Below, one piece after another: positions 38,491 to 48,152 of a stretch of DNA of 64,000 nucleotides. The notes beneath the pieces are model-generated. The model was not told the origin of the DNA and searched no databases. It saw only the letters and a list, made by a program, of their open reading frames with translations. Positions within the stretch are counted from its first letter, which is position 1. Each line of letters starts with the position of its first letter. Where the stretch lies: contig CAVSGG010000009.1 of assembly GCA_963727455.1 (NCBI GenBank), forward strand, positions 160,001 to 224,000, read 5' to 3'. This stretch comes from Candidatus Krumholzibacteriota bacterium. Its GTDB lineage: Bacteria; Krumholzibacteriota; Krumholzibacteriia; JAJRXK01. Made by a program: the position numbers and the translations under genes.

Positions 38491-39473
38491 CGTGCCGTGC
38501 GTTCTCGATAGTGTGAACTGAGCCGGCTCAGGTTGCGGGAGCAAAAGCTCGCAAGAGGTGAGGGAAGAGACATCACCGCGTTCTTCAAACTCAACTTCAG
38601 ATGCCGCTGCGATCTGGGAACTTCGCGGACCAACTTGCGAAACGCAGCAACTTCGGCGCACTCGAAAGCGACTTCAGCCGCGACCCCGCTTCGATAAGTA
38701 ATCTCATCGTCGATGATGGCGGAGTAATCCGCCTTCGTGGCGTGGTTGGCGCGGGCGTGGTAGAGGATCTCGATCTCCCCCTGTAGAGTCGCCAAGAGAT
38801 CCCCGGAGAAATTCTCCCCATGCCTCCTGATCCCCACCGTGGCCGCCTCCAGTGCGGCGACTTTCGAGTGTTCCACACTGCGCAGGATGAAGTCGAGATC
38901 TTCCGAAGGAGTGCGGCTGAATTGCGGATCGAAGCCTCCGATCTCCTCGAAGTGATCGCGCGACATCACCACCGCTGAAGGGAAGATCGGTTGGAATCGC
39001 AGTACGCGACCGTACATGTCCACGATCGGCCACCAGCCGCCGGGAATGGCCTCCGCACCGACCCAAAAGCCCTCCGGAGCTTCCTCGAACTTCGTTTTCT
39101 CCTCCCAGATCCCGTCGCGAACGATGCGGAAGTTAGAGAAGGAGAAGGGAACCTCTCCCAAACGCTCCCGCAACTCGCTGTGCAGCTTCAGATGGTTTGT
39201 GGTCCAAAGATCGTCGCTGTCACAAAACGCCACCCACGGCGAATGGCTCAGGGAAAAGCCGTGGTTTCGCGCCCGGCAGACCCCTCCGTTTCTCACGCGC
39301 GTGTAGTGCACCCTGCCGCCAAAGGACGCGATGACCCGCTGGGTGTCATCGGTCGATCCATCATCCACCACGATGATCTCTTGTGGGGGCAGACTCTGGC
39401 CCAGAATGCTGCGAATCGTCTCACCGATGAGGTGGGCCCGATTGTAGCTGGGGATGATCACGCTGATATCCAT
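38487..39473 (-). CDS. GT2 glycosyltransferase
   Basis: ISVIIPSYNR, VVDDGSTD, AFCDSDD, SEDLDF. Confidence 0.92.
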   Translation of the reverse strand: MDISVIIPSYNRAHLIGETIRSILGQSLPPQEIIVVDDGSTDDTQRVIASFGGRVHYTRVRNGGVCRARNHGFSLSHSPWVAFCDSDDLWTTNHLKLHSELRERLGEVPFSFSNFRIVRDGIWEEKTKFEEAPEGFWVGAEAIPGGWWPIVDMYGRVLRFQPIFPSAVVMSRDHFEEIGGFDPQFSRTPSEDLDFILRSVEHSKVAALEAATVGIRRHGENFSGDLLATLQGEIEILYHARANHATKADYSAIIDDEITYRSGVAAEVAFECAEVAAFRKLVREVPRSQRHLKLSLKNAVMSLPSPLASFCSRNLSRLSSHYRERTAR

Positions 39474-39500
39474 GCCTGCCTCGACCTCGTCCTGAGCGGG

Positions 39501-40457
39501 TCATCCTCGAGAGGAACTAACGCCGTCAGAGCTCTTCCGGTTTGCGCGATGCTGGGCCATCGCGCCCAGAATGCTCCACAGTTTGGTCTCGTACGCGAAG
39601 GCAACCGCCGGCGCACGAAACAACCAACGCCAACCGCTGGCAAGCGCATACTCAAGCGCCTGGCGGTAGAGGTAGCGGGGTATGCCCAAGAAGAAAGCTC
39701 CTTCGGCGGGAAACTGAGTACCTCGCAAGACGGAACTCTGCCCGTGGGCGTAGAACCAGCGGCGAAAGTAGTTGAGCCGGGTGCGACGGGCATCGAAACA
39801 GTGCAGGACCACGCTTTCCGGCTGATAGTACACGCGCCGGCCCGCGCGCAGAATCCGATCGCAGATCTCGGTATCCTCGCCCATCAAGAGACCGCTGCCG
39901 ACGCGATTCAGAGTGACGGACCAGCGGCCCAGCTTGTCCACCGTGTCCTTGAGGATCGCCGCGTTGGCTCCGAAGAAGCCGTCGTCACCGATCTTCAGAT
40001 CGAAGGGCTCATTCCCCAGATCCAGAAGGGCCAGCGCCGGGTCGAGCCGGGACGAGTACCACGAGGGAACCCCGCCGGGCCAGCGCGGCAGAATCCGCCC
40101 GAAGACCGCATCGACAGCTTGCTCCCGAAAGGCCCGCAGAGTGGCCCCGAGCCAAGCGGGATCAGCCTGGACATCATCGTCGGTGAGCAGCAGGATCCGC
40201 CCCTCACACAGATCGAAACCGCTGTTCAAGGCGTGACTCTTGCCCTGCTTCTCCTCATGTCCGGCCACCAACGGTAAGCGCCCGGCGAACGAGGCGATGG
40301 TCTGTTGCGTGTCGTCGGTCGAAGCGTTGTCCACGACGACGACCTGCCAGCGCAAGCCTGGCTCGACTTCGAGACGTACGAAGCTCTCGAGAGTCCTGCG
40401 CAGACTCTGCGAGCGGTTGTAGGTGCACACGAGGATCGAGAGGTCCATCTGGGTCAT
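39501..40457 (-). CDS. GT2 glycosyltransferase
   Basis: SILVCTYNR, VVDNASTD, LTDDD, GANAA, GEDTE. Confidence 0.92.
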   Translation of the reverse strand: MTQMDLSILVCTYNRSQSLRRTLESFVRLEVEPGLRWQVVVVDNASTDDTQQTIASFAGRLPLVAGHEEKQGKSHALNSGFDLCEGRILLLTDDDVQADPAWLGATLRAFREQAVDAVFGRILPRWPGGVPSWYSSRLDPALALLDLGNEPFDLKIGDDGFFGANAAILKDTVDKLGRWSVTLNRVGSGLLMGEDTEICDRILRAGRRVYYQPESVVLHCFDARRTRLNYFRRWFYAHGQSSVLRGTQFPAEGAFFLGIPRYLYRQALEYALASGWRWLFRAPAVAFAYETKLWSILGAMAQHRANRKSSDGVSSSRG

Positions 40458-40750
40458 CAAATCCGGGCAAAGGACGGAAACGTCTCTCCGTGGCAGAGAG
40501 TGGCGTCATTTCCCTAGCATGCTTCGAGCCTAAGGGGTGTTCCTCAAAATGTCATCTAAGTGAACGGAGGGCTGCAAGATAGCCAATCAAGCCCCATGCT
40601 TTCTTCTGCTTCTATCCCGGGCTTTCGCCACGACGGCTGAACCCGCCGTAGTCTCACCCGCATCAGCCTGCTAGACTCTCCTCTTTCCACGGGACACAAG
40701 CTGCGCGGCGGGAATCCGCCGTACGCCTCCCCGAGCCCATAGGAAGTGCG

Positions 40751-42139
40751 ATGTACCTGCTTCGGCCGTTGCCCCTCGCCCAACGCCTCTTGCGACCCTT
40801 GGCGATCTCGCTCGTGGGCGCCCTCGTCCTTCTCTCGCTCTCCGCCGGCCGTGCCGCAGCGGAGGATCCCCCGCCCGAGATTCAAGAGCATGTGCTGCAG
40901 AATGGGATGAAGGTCCTGCTCTGGCCGGTGCAGAGCATTCCGAATCTCTCGCTCTACACCTTTTGGCACGTCGGCAGCCGCAACGAGGCGCCGGGCATCA
41001 CGGGTCTGGCTCACTTCTTCGAACACATGATGTTCAACGGTTCCAAGCACTATCCCCCCGGAGCCTTCGACCGCACCATGGAGGCGGCGGGAGGATCCAA
41101 CAACGCCTACACCAGTCGGAACCTCACGGTCTACCAGGATTGGATTCCGGCCAGCGCGCTCGAGACGACTCTCGACCTGGAGGCGGACCGCATCGCCTCG
41201 CTCTCCATCGATCCGAAAGTCGTCGAGAGCGAGCGCGGCGTGGTGATGAGCGAGAGACGAAGGAGCATCGAGGATTCCAATACACGGCTCATGCTTTTGC
41301 AACTCTGGGCCGCTGCGTTCATCGCCCACCCCTACCAGTGGCCGGTCATCGGCTGGCGGAGCGACATCGAGAACTGGCGTCAGGAAGACCTCGAAGCCTT
41401 CCACGAGCGCTACTATGCACCGAACAATGCCACGATGGTCCTGGTGGGCGCGTTCGATCCCGACGAGGTGCTCCCCATGCTGCGCGAGAAGTTGGGCACG
41501 ATCCCCGCCCGCGAAATCGGCCGCGACGTGGTAACCGTGGAACCGGTTCAGCGCGGAGAGCGGCGCGTCATCCTGCACAAGGACGCGCAGCTCGCGAGCG
41601 TGGCCGCGGCCTGGCACGTTCCGCAGGCATCGAGTGAGGACTACCCCGCCCTGCGGCTTCTGGATCTCGTCCTCACCGACGGGGAAAGCTCGCGGCTCTA
41701 TCGCCGGCTCGTGGACCAGGACCAGACCGCCCTCTCGATCTGGGGGGATCTGGGAGAGGCCTTCGACCCCACCCTCTACACTCTCTTCGCCGAAGTCAGG
41801 AAGGACGCGTCGAGCGCCGAGGTGGAGAGGGCGCTGTACGAGGAAATCGACCGGGTCGCGCAGGAAGGGATCGAGGAACGCGAGCTGCAAAAGGCCAAGA
41901 ACATCCTCCTGGCCGACTTCTATCGCGGGCTCTCCACTCTGAGCGGCAAGGCCCAGTCGCTCGGTGACTACGAGATGTTCCACGAGGGGTGGCGCCACCT
42001 CTTCAGCGCGGCCCAGGATTACGAAATGGTGAGCACCGAGGATCTCAAACGCGTGGCCGCCCAATACCTCACCCAGGACAATCGTACCGTCGTCACTCTC
42101 GTCCCGATTCAAGCGGAGCAAGCCGATGAGAAGAAGTAG
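40751..42139 (+). CDS. M16 family zinc peptidase, catalytic subunit
   Basis: GLAHFFEHMMF (HxxEH), NAYT, ERGVVMSE, HPYQWPVIG. Confidence 0.93.
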   Translation: MYLLRPLPLAQRLLRPLAISLVGALVLLSLSAGRAAAEDPPPEIQEHVLQNGMKVLLWPVQSIPNLSLYTFWHVGSRNEAPGITGLAHFFEHMMFNGSKHYPPGAFDRTMEAAGGSNNAYTSRNLTVYQDWIPASALETTLDLEADRIASLSIDPKVVESERGVVMSERRRSIEDSNTRLMLLQLWAAAFIAHPYQWPVIGWRSDIENWRQEDLEAFHERYYAPNNATMVLVGAFDPDEVLPMLREKLGTIPAREIGRDVVTVEPVQRGERRVILHKDAQLASVAAAWHVPQASSEDYPALRLLDLVLTDGESSRLYRRLVDQDQTALSIWGDLGEAFDPTLYTLFAEVRKDASSAEVERALYEEIDRVAQEGIEERELQKAKNILLADFYRGLSTLSGKAQSLGDYEMFHEGWRHLFSAAQDYEMVSTEDLKRVAAQYLTQDNRTVVTLVPIQAEQADEKK

Positions 42140-43595
42140 TCAGCCCGATGTAGCTCTCAGTTCGAACTCGACACTTCGGTCGCGCGCAGCGTCCCTGCGC
42201 ATTCTTTTGCTCGCGCTGATCGCCGTCTGCTTGCCGGGGATGCTCTGTTTCACTTCCGCGCGGGCGGAAGCACCCACTTTGAAGCTGCCGGAGTACCAGA
42301 CCCGCAAGCTGGACAACGGAATGACGCTCCTGCTCATGAAGCACGGCGAAGAGCCACTGGTGAATTTCGAGATGTGGATCCTGGATGGCTCGGCCGCGGA
42401 TCCCACGAAGCACGCGGGGCTGGCCTCTCTGTGCGCCGAGTCGCTGCGCAAGGGCGCGGGCGATCGTGACGCCGCCGCGTTCGCCGAAGCCCTGGATTTC
42501 CTCGGCGCGAATTTGACGACGGGAGTCGATCACGATCGCACGGCCATTTCGTTCCAGTGCCTCAGCAAGGATTTCGACGAAGGGCTGGCTCTCTTCGCCG
42601 ATGCCGTGCTCAGGCCGAGCTTCGACTCACATGAAATCGAGAAGCTGGCGCAGCAGATGTCCGAGAACGTGAGCCAGGCCAAGGACAATCCCCGTTTCGT
42701 ACTCGGCGAGTACCACGACGCTCATCTCTACGGAGACCACCCCTACGGCCAACCCGTCGACGGAACCGAGAAGAGCCTGGTGGGAGTGAAAGCGGAGGAC
42801 CTCCGCTCCTTCTATCGCGATCACTATGGCGCTGACCGCGCCGTCCTGGCCGTGGTGGGGAACTTCGATATGGACCATGCGGCGAGCCTCCTTCAGAAGA
42901 CCTTTGCGGGCATGCCGGCGGCGCGAGTCGCGCGAACCAAAGTGCCGGCCCCCAAGCCCGTGAAGGGGCGAGAGGTGTTGCTGGTGAACAAGCCCGATAC
43001 TCCGCAGACCTGGTTCCATATCGGCAGTCTCGGTCCCAAATGGGGCGATCCGGATTACGCGGCGGTGGAGCTCGTGCGTACGGTTTTCGGAGGACGTTTC
43101 ACCTCCTGGCTCAACACCAAGCTGCGCATCGAAAGCGGCCTCTCTTACGGCGCGGGCTACACCATCGACCGCAGACGGCAGGCGGGATCGGCCTACATCT
43201 CCTCCTTTACCGCCAAGGAAACGACGGAGAAGGCCCTCGATCTGGCTCTGCAGACCCTGAAGCGTCTGCACGAGAAGGGCCTCGACCAGGACGAGCTGAA
43301 CTCGGCCAGGGCCTACCTGAAAGGGCAGACGCCTTACCGCTACGAGTCGAATGGCTCTCTAGCTCGGGTCCTGTGCCTCATCACCGCATATGATTTGGGA
43401 CGGGAGTTCGTGGATGGCAGGTTCGCCGCGCTGGATGAAGTATCACTCGACGATTGCAAGGCGGCGATCGCGAGGTGGTATCCCGAGGAGAATCTCTCGT
43501 TCACCTGTATTGGCGTCGCGAGCGAAGTGAAGGACGTGTTGGCCAAGTACGGTAAGTTGCGCGTGCGCGAAAACGACGAGCCGGGATTCCACTGA
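42126..43595 (+). CDS. M16 family peptidase, non-catalytic partner subunit
   Basis: M16 fold without HxxEH; HPYGQP; LRIESGLSYG R/Y motif. Confidence 0.88.
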   Translation: MRRSSQPDVALSSNSTLRSRAASLRILLLALIAVCLPGMLCFTSARAEAPTLKLPEYQTRKLDNGMTLLLMKHGEEPLVNFEMWILDGSAADPTKHAGLASLCAESLRKGAGDRDAAAFAEALDFLGANLTTGVDHDRTAISFQCLSKDFDEGLALFADAVLRPSFDSHEIEKLAQQMSENVSQAKDNPRFVLGEYHDAHLYGDHPYGQPVDGTEKSLVGVKAEDLRSFYRDHYGADRAVLAVVGNFDMDHAASLLQKTFAGMPAARVARTKVPAPKPVKGREVLLVNKPDTPQTWFHIGSLGPKWGDPDYAAVELVRTVFGGRFTSWLNTKLRIESGLSYGAGYTIDRRRQAGSAYISSFTAKETTEKALDLALQTLKRLHEKGLDQDELNSARAYLKGQTPYRYESNGSLARVLCLITAYDLGREFVDGRFAALDEVSLDDCKAAIARWYPEENLSFTCIGVASEVKDVLAKYGKLRVRENDEPGFH

Positions 43596-43602
43596 GACCG
43601 AG

Positions 43603-43977
43603 TCAGGCCTCGATGGATTGCGGACGCTGGTCGTCGCCGACATTGACGTAGACCACGCGGGCTTCGGTCACCAGTACCGATTTTCGAAGGTCCTCGCACT
43701 GCGCGTGGACTCGCACCACCACGGTGATCGAGGTGCGTCCGATCTTCTCCACTTCGGCGTAGAAACTCACGAGGTCCCCCACGCGAACCGGTTCGTGAAA
43801 TTCGATCTGATCCATGGCGACAGTAACCACTTTGCGGCAGCCGGCCCGATGCGCCGCCACCGCTCCGGCCTGGTCGATGTAGGAGAGAATGATGCCACCG
43901 AAAATGGTGCCATGGGCGTTGGTGTCACGCGGCATCATCAGGACTCGGATCTCGGGTTCGTTTCTTTCCGTCTTCAT
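43603..43977 (-). CDS. Hotdog acyl-CoA thioesterase (YciA-like)
   Basis: MPRDTNAHGTIFGG..IDQAG, VGDLV, IGRTSI. Confidence 0.92.
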   Translation of the reverse strand: MKTERNEPEIRVLMMPRDTNAHGTIFGGIILSYIDQAGAVAAHRAGCRKVVTVAMDQIEFHEPVRVGDLVSFYAEVEKIGRTSITVVVRVHAQCEDLRKSVLVTEARVVYVNVGDDQRPQSIEA

Positions 43978-44164
43978 GGCGCACTCAGCCTAGAGTTTCC
44001 GCGCCCCGCCGGCAAGTGTGGATCGAGGGGGGACCGCTTCGCGGCGAGGAGTGTGGCCAGCCTCCGCGCTTGGGCATATCATGCCCGCTGGTATCTCTTA
44101 CGACTGCCCATTGCGCGCGAGCCGAACCCCCTTGGGCTCTCGCGGAAAGCTCATGGATGGAGGC

Positions 44165-44653
44165 ATGACGATGACGGAGTTGATGATCGGCCGCAAGGCA
44201 CCCGCGTTCACCGCCAAGGACACTGACGGAAAAAGCGTATCTCTGAACAAGGATATCGTGGGCAAGCCCGCGGTCATCTACTTCTATCCCAAGGACGACA
44301 CTCCGGGATGCACGAAGGAGGCTTGCTCCATTCGGGACCAGTGGTCCGAGCTGAAACGCCGACGCATCCAGGTGTACGGAATCTCTCCGGACGATGCGGA
44401 GAGCCACGCGAAGTTCCGCGACAAGTTCAAGCTCCCCTTCCCCCTGCTCTGCGATCCCGGCCACAAGATCGCCGAGAAATACGGAGCCTGGGGTGAGAAG
44501 AACATGTACGGCAAGAAAAGCCTTGGTATCAAGCGCAGCACCTTCCTTTTGGACAAGGAAGGTCGCATACAGCACATCTGGAAAAAGCCGGACGTGAAGC
44601 GGCACGCAGAGCAGATTCTCGAGAAGCTCGATGAGATCAAAGCCAAGAAGTAG
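44165..44653 (+). CDS. bcp: BCP/PrxQ peroxiredoxin
   Basis: YFYPKDDTPGCTKEAC, GISPD, WGEKNMYGK, RSTF. Confidence 0.93.
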   Translation: MTMTELMIGRKAPAFTAKDTDGKSVSLNKDIVGKPAVIYFYPKDDTPGCTKEACSIRDQWSELKRRRIQVYGISPDDAESHAKFRDKFKLPFPLLCDPGHKIAEKYGAWGEKNMYGKKSLGIKRSTFLLDKEGRIQHIWKKPDVKRHAEQILEKLDEIKAKK

Positions 44654-44663
44654 CCGCTTTGTG

Positions 44664-46517
44664 ATGCTGTGCGAGGGCGCGCTGGCCGGCGCGCTCTTCG
44701 GAGTGCTCGACGCGCGCTGGGCAATTCAGGGGACGCATCCCCCGTTGCTCTCTCTCTCCGAGTGGTGGAGCACCTGGATCGTCGCGCTCGTCCTTGGCGC
44801 AACTTGGGGACTGGTCGCCGCATTCGTGCTCTCGCTTCTGGCGAGACGCGCGACGGCGGCCGTCCATGGCCTCACCGTGGGATTGGCCCTCTCTCCGTTG
44901 GTCTTCGCCGCGGTCTTCCTGCGCCTGCGCCCCCACTTCGGGCCCGAGGGCAGAATGGCCACCCTCGCTCTGGCCAGCGGGATCGCCACCTTGAGCCTCG
45001 CCCTGCCCGTCTTCTTGACGCCCACTTTGCGCCGCCGATTCTTGCTCCCCTTGGGCCTTGCCGCCGCCTTCGCGGCCACCCTCAGCGGCGTTCTCGAGGC
45101 TCCCCATGCGACGCAAGACACTTCCACCAAGGCTGAAGGAAATGCGAGTTCCTCCCCCTCGCTCCTTCTGATCACGCTCGACACGACGCGCTTCGATCAC
45201 CTGCCCCCCGAAGCGAAGTTCCTCGATCCCGAGGGCTTCCTGGAAGAACTCGATCACAAGGCCACGCGCTGGACCAACCTGACCGCGCCCATTCCCTTGA
45301 CCGGGCCCTCGCACAGCAGCCTTCTCACGGGACTCACACCACTCGAGCACGGAGCCCAGGACAACGGCTGGCCCATCCGGCCGGGGGTGAGAACTCTGGC
45401 GCAGCGGCTTCGTGAGCGAGGGTACCGTACCGCTGCGATCCTCTCGTCCGCGGTACTGCATCCCGACCTCTGTGGTCTGGACCGCGGCTTTCAGGTCTAC
45501 GACGATTCGTTCCGTCCCGCGGCGCCCATGCGGCGGCTCGCCGTCGTGGCCAGCGCCGAACGCATCGCCCGCTGGCTCACCCGGCGTTCCAGCGGACTGA
45601 GCCGCCAACGCCGCGCGCAGGAAACGGTGCAGAACGGTCTTCGTTTTTTGCGCCAGCGTACGAGCCAGCCCTTTTTTCTGTGGTTGCATTTCTACGACGC
45701 TCACGCGCCCTACGAGCCCCTGGGAGCCCCTCCCACTCCGGGCGTTCTGCCCGCGCTCGCGCGCGAACCAGAGTTGGGCGAAGACTCCGACTACTGGCAA
45801 AAACGTCAGGCCTACGCGCAGGAAATCGTGGAAGTGGATCAGGCGCTCACGCGCCTTGATCGCGAACTGGCGCGCATGGGCCTTCTCAAGCAAACGCTCA
45901 TCGTGGTGGTCACCGACCACGGCGAGAGTTTCGGCACACACGGTCACGGTTTCCGCTTCGACCACGGCGCCTACCTCTACGATGACGAGCTGCACCTCGC
46001 CGCGTGGTGGCTCGAACCGAAGACCGAAGAGCGGTCGCCAGGGATCGAAGCAGAGCGGAACGAAGGCAGCCAGGGGCCGCGCAGCATGGCGCGCGCGGTG
46101 GGCATGGATTCGCTGGGTCGCGCGCTGCTCGCGCGATTCTCGCTGCGAGCGGACAGTCTGGACTCCCGCGGCTTCAGCCTCTCGCACTCTTCGGTGGCCA
46201 ACGACACCCTGTGGTTCGATCTGCGCCGGCCCGATTCCAAGTTGATCGCGGGCCGCACCCCCTCCGGCGCGATTCTCTACGAAGCCTACGACCTGCGGAA
46301 CGATCCCGACGAGACCAGAAATCTTCTGGTGGATCTGAAGCCCCCGAGCCAGCACGACGAAGCGGTACTGGGGTCAAGAGACCGCGTGGAGTGGGAAGAG
46401 GACGAGACGATTCTCTCCAATTATGCCCAGCGAATCTTGAAAAGCCTGGAGCAACCCAGGCCACAGCTCTCCGAAAGCGCGCGCGCCCGCTTGAAGAGTC
46501 TGGGTTACGTGCGCTGA
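44664..46517 (+). CDS. Membrane-anchored sulfatase-like (AlkP superfamily) protein
   Basis: N-terminal TM helices; LITLDTTRFDH, LTGPSHSSLLTG, HFYDAHAPY, TDHGE, LKSLGY. Confidence 0.85.
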   Translation: MLCEGALAGALFGVLDARWAIQGTHPPLLSLSEWWSTWIVALVLGATWGLVAAFVLSLLARRATAAVHGLTVGLALSPLVFAAVFLRLRPHFGPEGRMATLALASGIATLSLALPVFLTPTLRRRFLLPLGLAAAFAATLSGVLEAPHATQDTSTKAEGNASSSPSLLLITLDTTRFDHLPPEAKFLDPEGFLEELDHKATRWTNLTAPIPLTGPSHSSLLTGLTPLEHGAQDNGWPIRPGVRTLAQRLRERGYRTAAILSSAVLHPDLCGLDRGFQVYDDSFRPAAPMRRLAVVASAERIARWLTRRSSGLSRQRRAQETVQNGLRFLRQRTSQPFFLWLHFYDAHAPYEPLGAPPTPGVLPALAREPELGEDSDYWQKRQAYAQEIVEVDQALTRLDRELARMGLLKQTLIVVVTDHGESFGTHGHGFRFDHGAYLYDDELHLAAWWLEPKTEERSPGIEAERNEGSQGPRSMARAVGMDSLGRALLARFSLRADSLDSRGFSLSHSSVANDTLWFDLRRPDSKLIAGRTPSGAILYEAYDLRNDPDETRNLLVDLKPPSQHDEAVLGSRDRVEWEEDETILSNYAQRILKSLEQPRPQLSESARARLKSLGYVR

Positions 46518-46534
46518 AGCGGGCTACAGCACGC

Positions 46535-47377
46535 TCAGCGTTCGCGCTTCACCGGCTCCAGGTACTGGTAACTTCCAGTGACGAGAATCTCCGCCAGAAG
46601 GGGAATGGCGCCCAGAACTCCCGCACCCAGTACGGGGGTGCCGTAGCGCAGCGCGAAACTCGGTCTCAGTAGGTAGTGATCTTGATGCGCGGCGCGAAGC
46701 CCCGCTGCGCGTGCCGCCCTTCTCAAGGAGGAAAGGGTGAGGCGCGTGGCGCGGATCCTCTCGATCTCCTCCCATTGCGGATCATCGGTGCCGTCGGCGC
46801 TTCTGGCCAGACTCCTGAAGAGCTCGCGCGGCAGACAGTGCGCCCACGGCAAGCGCGCCAGCGGGAGTCCAAGTCGAGTGGGAGGATGCAGGAGTTGTTG
46901 ATGCCCACCGAAGGGAGAGTAGTACGGGGGGAACACCACCACGATTCCTCCCGTCTCGGCCAAGAGCGCTCGGCAATTGGAGAGAGCTTTTTCTCGCGCG
47001 GGAATGTGCTCCAAAACGTCGCGGAAGAGAATGAGGTCGAAGGGGCCGGGCAGATTCGAGAGACTGGCGGCATCGGTGACGTCGGCCAGTTCGAGTCGCA
47101 GCCGCAAGCCTTCCGCCTCCACCTGACGAAGCGCGCCCTGCAGGCGTCTCGGCTCGATTTCGATGCCGCACAGTCGAGCGCCCGCCTGGGCCAGGGCGAT
47201 CGCGGCTCCCCCGTCTCCGCAGCCGACATCGAGGATGCGCAACCCCTCGTGCCACCTGCCCCAGCGCCGCAGAGCGGGAAGGAGGGCCTCCCTCGTCAAG
47301 CGAATCTGGTATTCGCGATAATAGCTCGTCCAGTCGGCGAAGTCCTGGAGCCGAAGTCGTGTGGACATGAATGGCAT
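46535..47377 (-). CDS. Class I SAM-dependent methyltransferase
   Basis: ILDVGCGDGG, FDLILFRDVLEHI, FPPYYSPFGGH. Confidence 0.88.
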   Translation of the reverse strand: MPFMSTRLRLQDFADWTSYYREYQIRLTREALLPALRRWGRWHEGLRILDVGCGDGGAAIALAQAGARLCGIEIEPRRLQGALRQVEAEGLRLRLELADVTDAASLSNLPGPFDLILFRDVLEHIPAREKALSNCRALLAETGGIVVVFPPYYSPFGGHQQLLHPPTRLGLPLARLPWAHCLPRELFRSLARSADGTDDPQWEEIERIRATRLTLSSLRRAARAAGLRAAHQDHYLLRPSFALRYGTPVLGAGVLGAIPLLAEILVTGSYQYLEPVKRER

Positions 47378-47558
47378 CTTGGCGCAAAGCCCAGGCGGGT
47401 TCAAGCAGGAGCCAAGGGTGGTGCTTGTCGTTCTCTGCCGCTGCGGCTAAGTTCAACCGGAGCTGGGGATGAAGCTGCGGCGGGCACGATCCATCCGCCC
47501 TTCGTCCCGGTCTCTCACTCCTCCCACCCATTCCCCTTCGAGGTTTTCCGCGGTGAGC

Positions 47559-48152
47559 ATGTCCGATCTCGAGCTCGAATACGTGCGACAGGGGATTCGC
47601 TCCAGCATCGAAGTGAAGCAGTCTCTGCTGGATCAGGCGGAGACCATCGCCGCGATGGCCAAGGCGGTCGCCGACGCCCTGGGAAGGGGGGGCTCACTGC
47701 TGGCCTTTGGTAACGGTGGCAGCGCCGCCGATGCGCAGCACATTGCCGCCGAACTCAGCGGCCGCTTCGAACGGGAACGCCCGCCTCTGTCGGCCGAAGC
47801 ACTCACCGTGAATTCCAGCGCGCTCACCGCCATCGGCAATGACTACGGTTTCGAGGAAATCTTCGCGCGCCAACTGCAGGGACGGGCCCGGCCGGGGGAC
47901 ATCGCACTGGGCATCTCCACCAGCGGGAACAGCCCCAATGTCTTGAGCGCTCTCAGGCTGGCCAAGTCGATGGGACTGCGCAGATTGGGAATGACGGGAA
48001 TTGGTGGCGGAAAAATGGCGAGCGAGGGACTCTGCGATCATCTCCTGATGGTCCCCAGTTCGAACACCGCCCGGATCCAGGAATGCCACATCCTGGTGGG
48101 TCATCTTCTCTGCGGATGGCTCGAGCGAGAACTTCACGGCCATACGAAATGA
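47559..48152 (+). CDS. gmhA: Phosphoheptose (sedoheptulose-7-P) isomerase
   Basis: GNGGSAADAQHIAAEL, TAIGNDYG, ISTSGNS, RIQECH. Confidence 0.95.
   Translation: MSDLELEYVRQGIRSSIEVKQSLLDQAETIAAMAKAVADALGRGGSLLAFGNGGSAADAQHIAAELSGRFERERPPLSAEALTVNSSALTAIGNDYGFEEIFARQLQGRARPGDIALGISTSGNSPNVLSALRLAKSMGLRRLGMTGIGGGKMASEGLCDHLLMVPSSNTARIQECHILVGHLLCGWLERELHGHTK

Noticed and set aside
40751-43595. Inactive M16 subunit as a novel pseudoenzyme
   Set aside because: Catalytic/non-catalytic M16B pairs are well known
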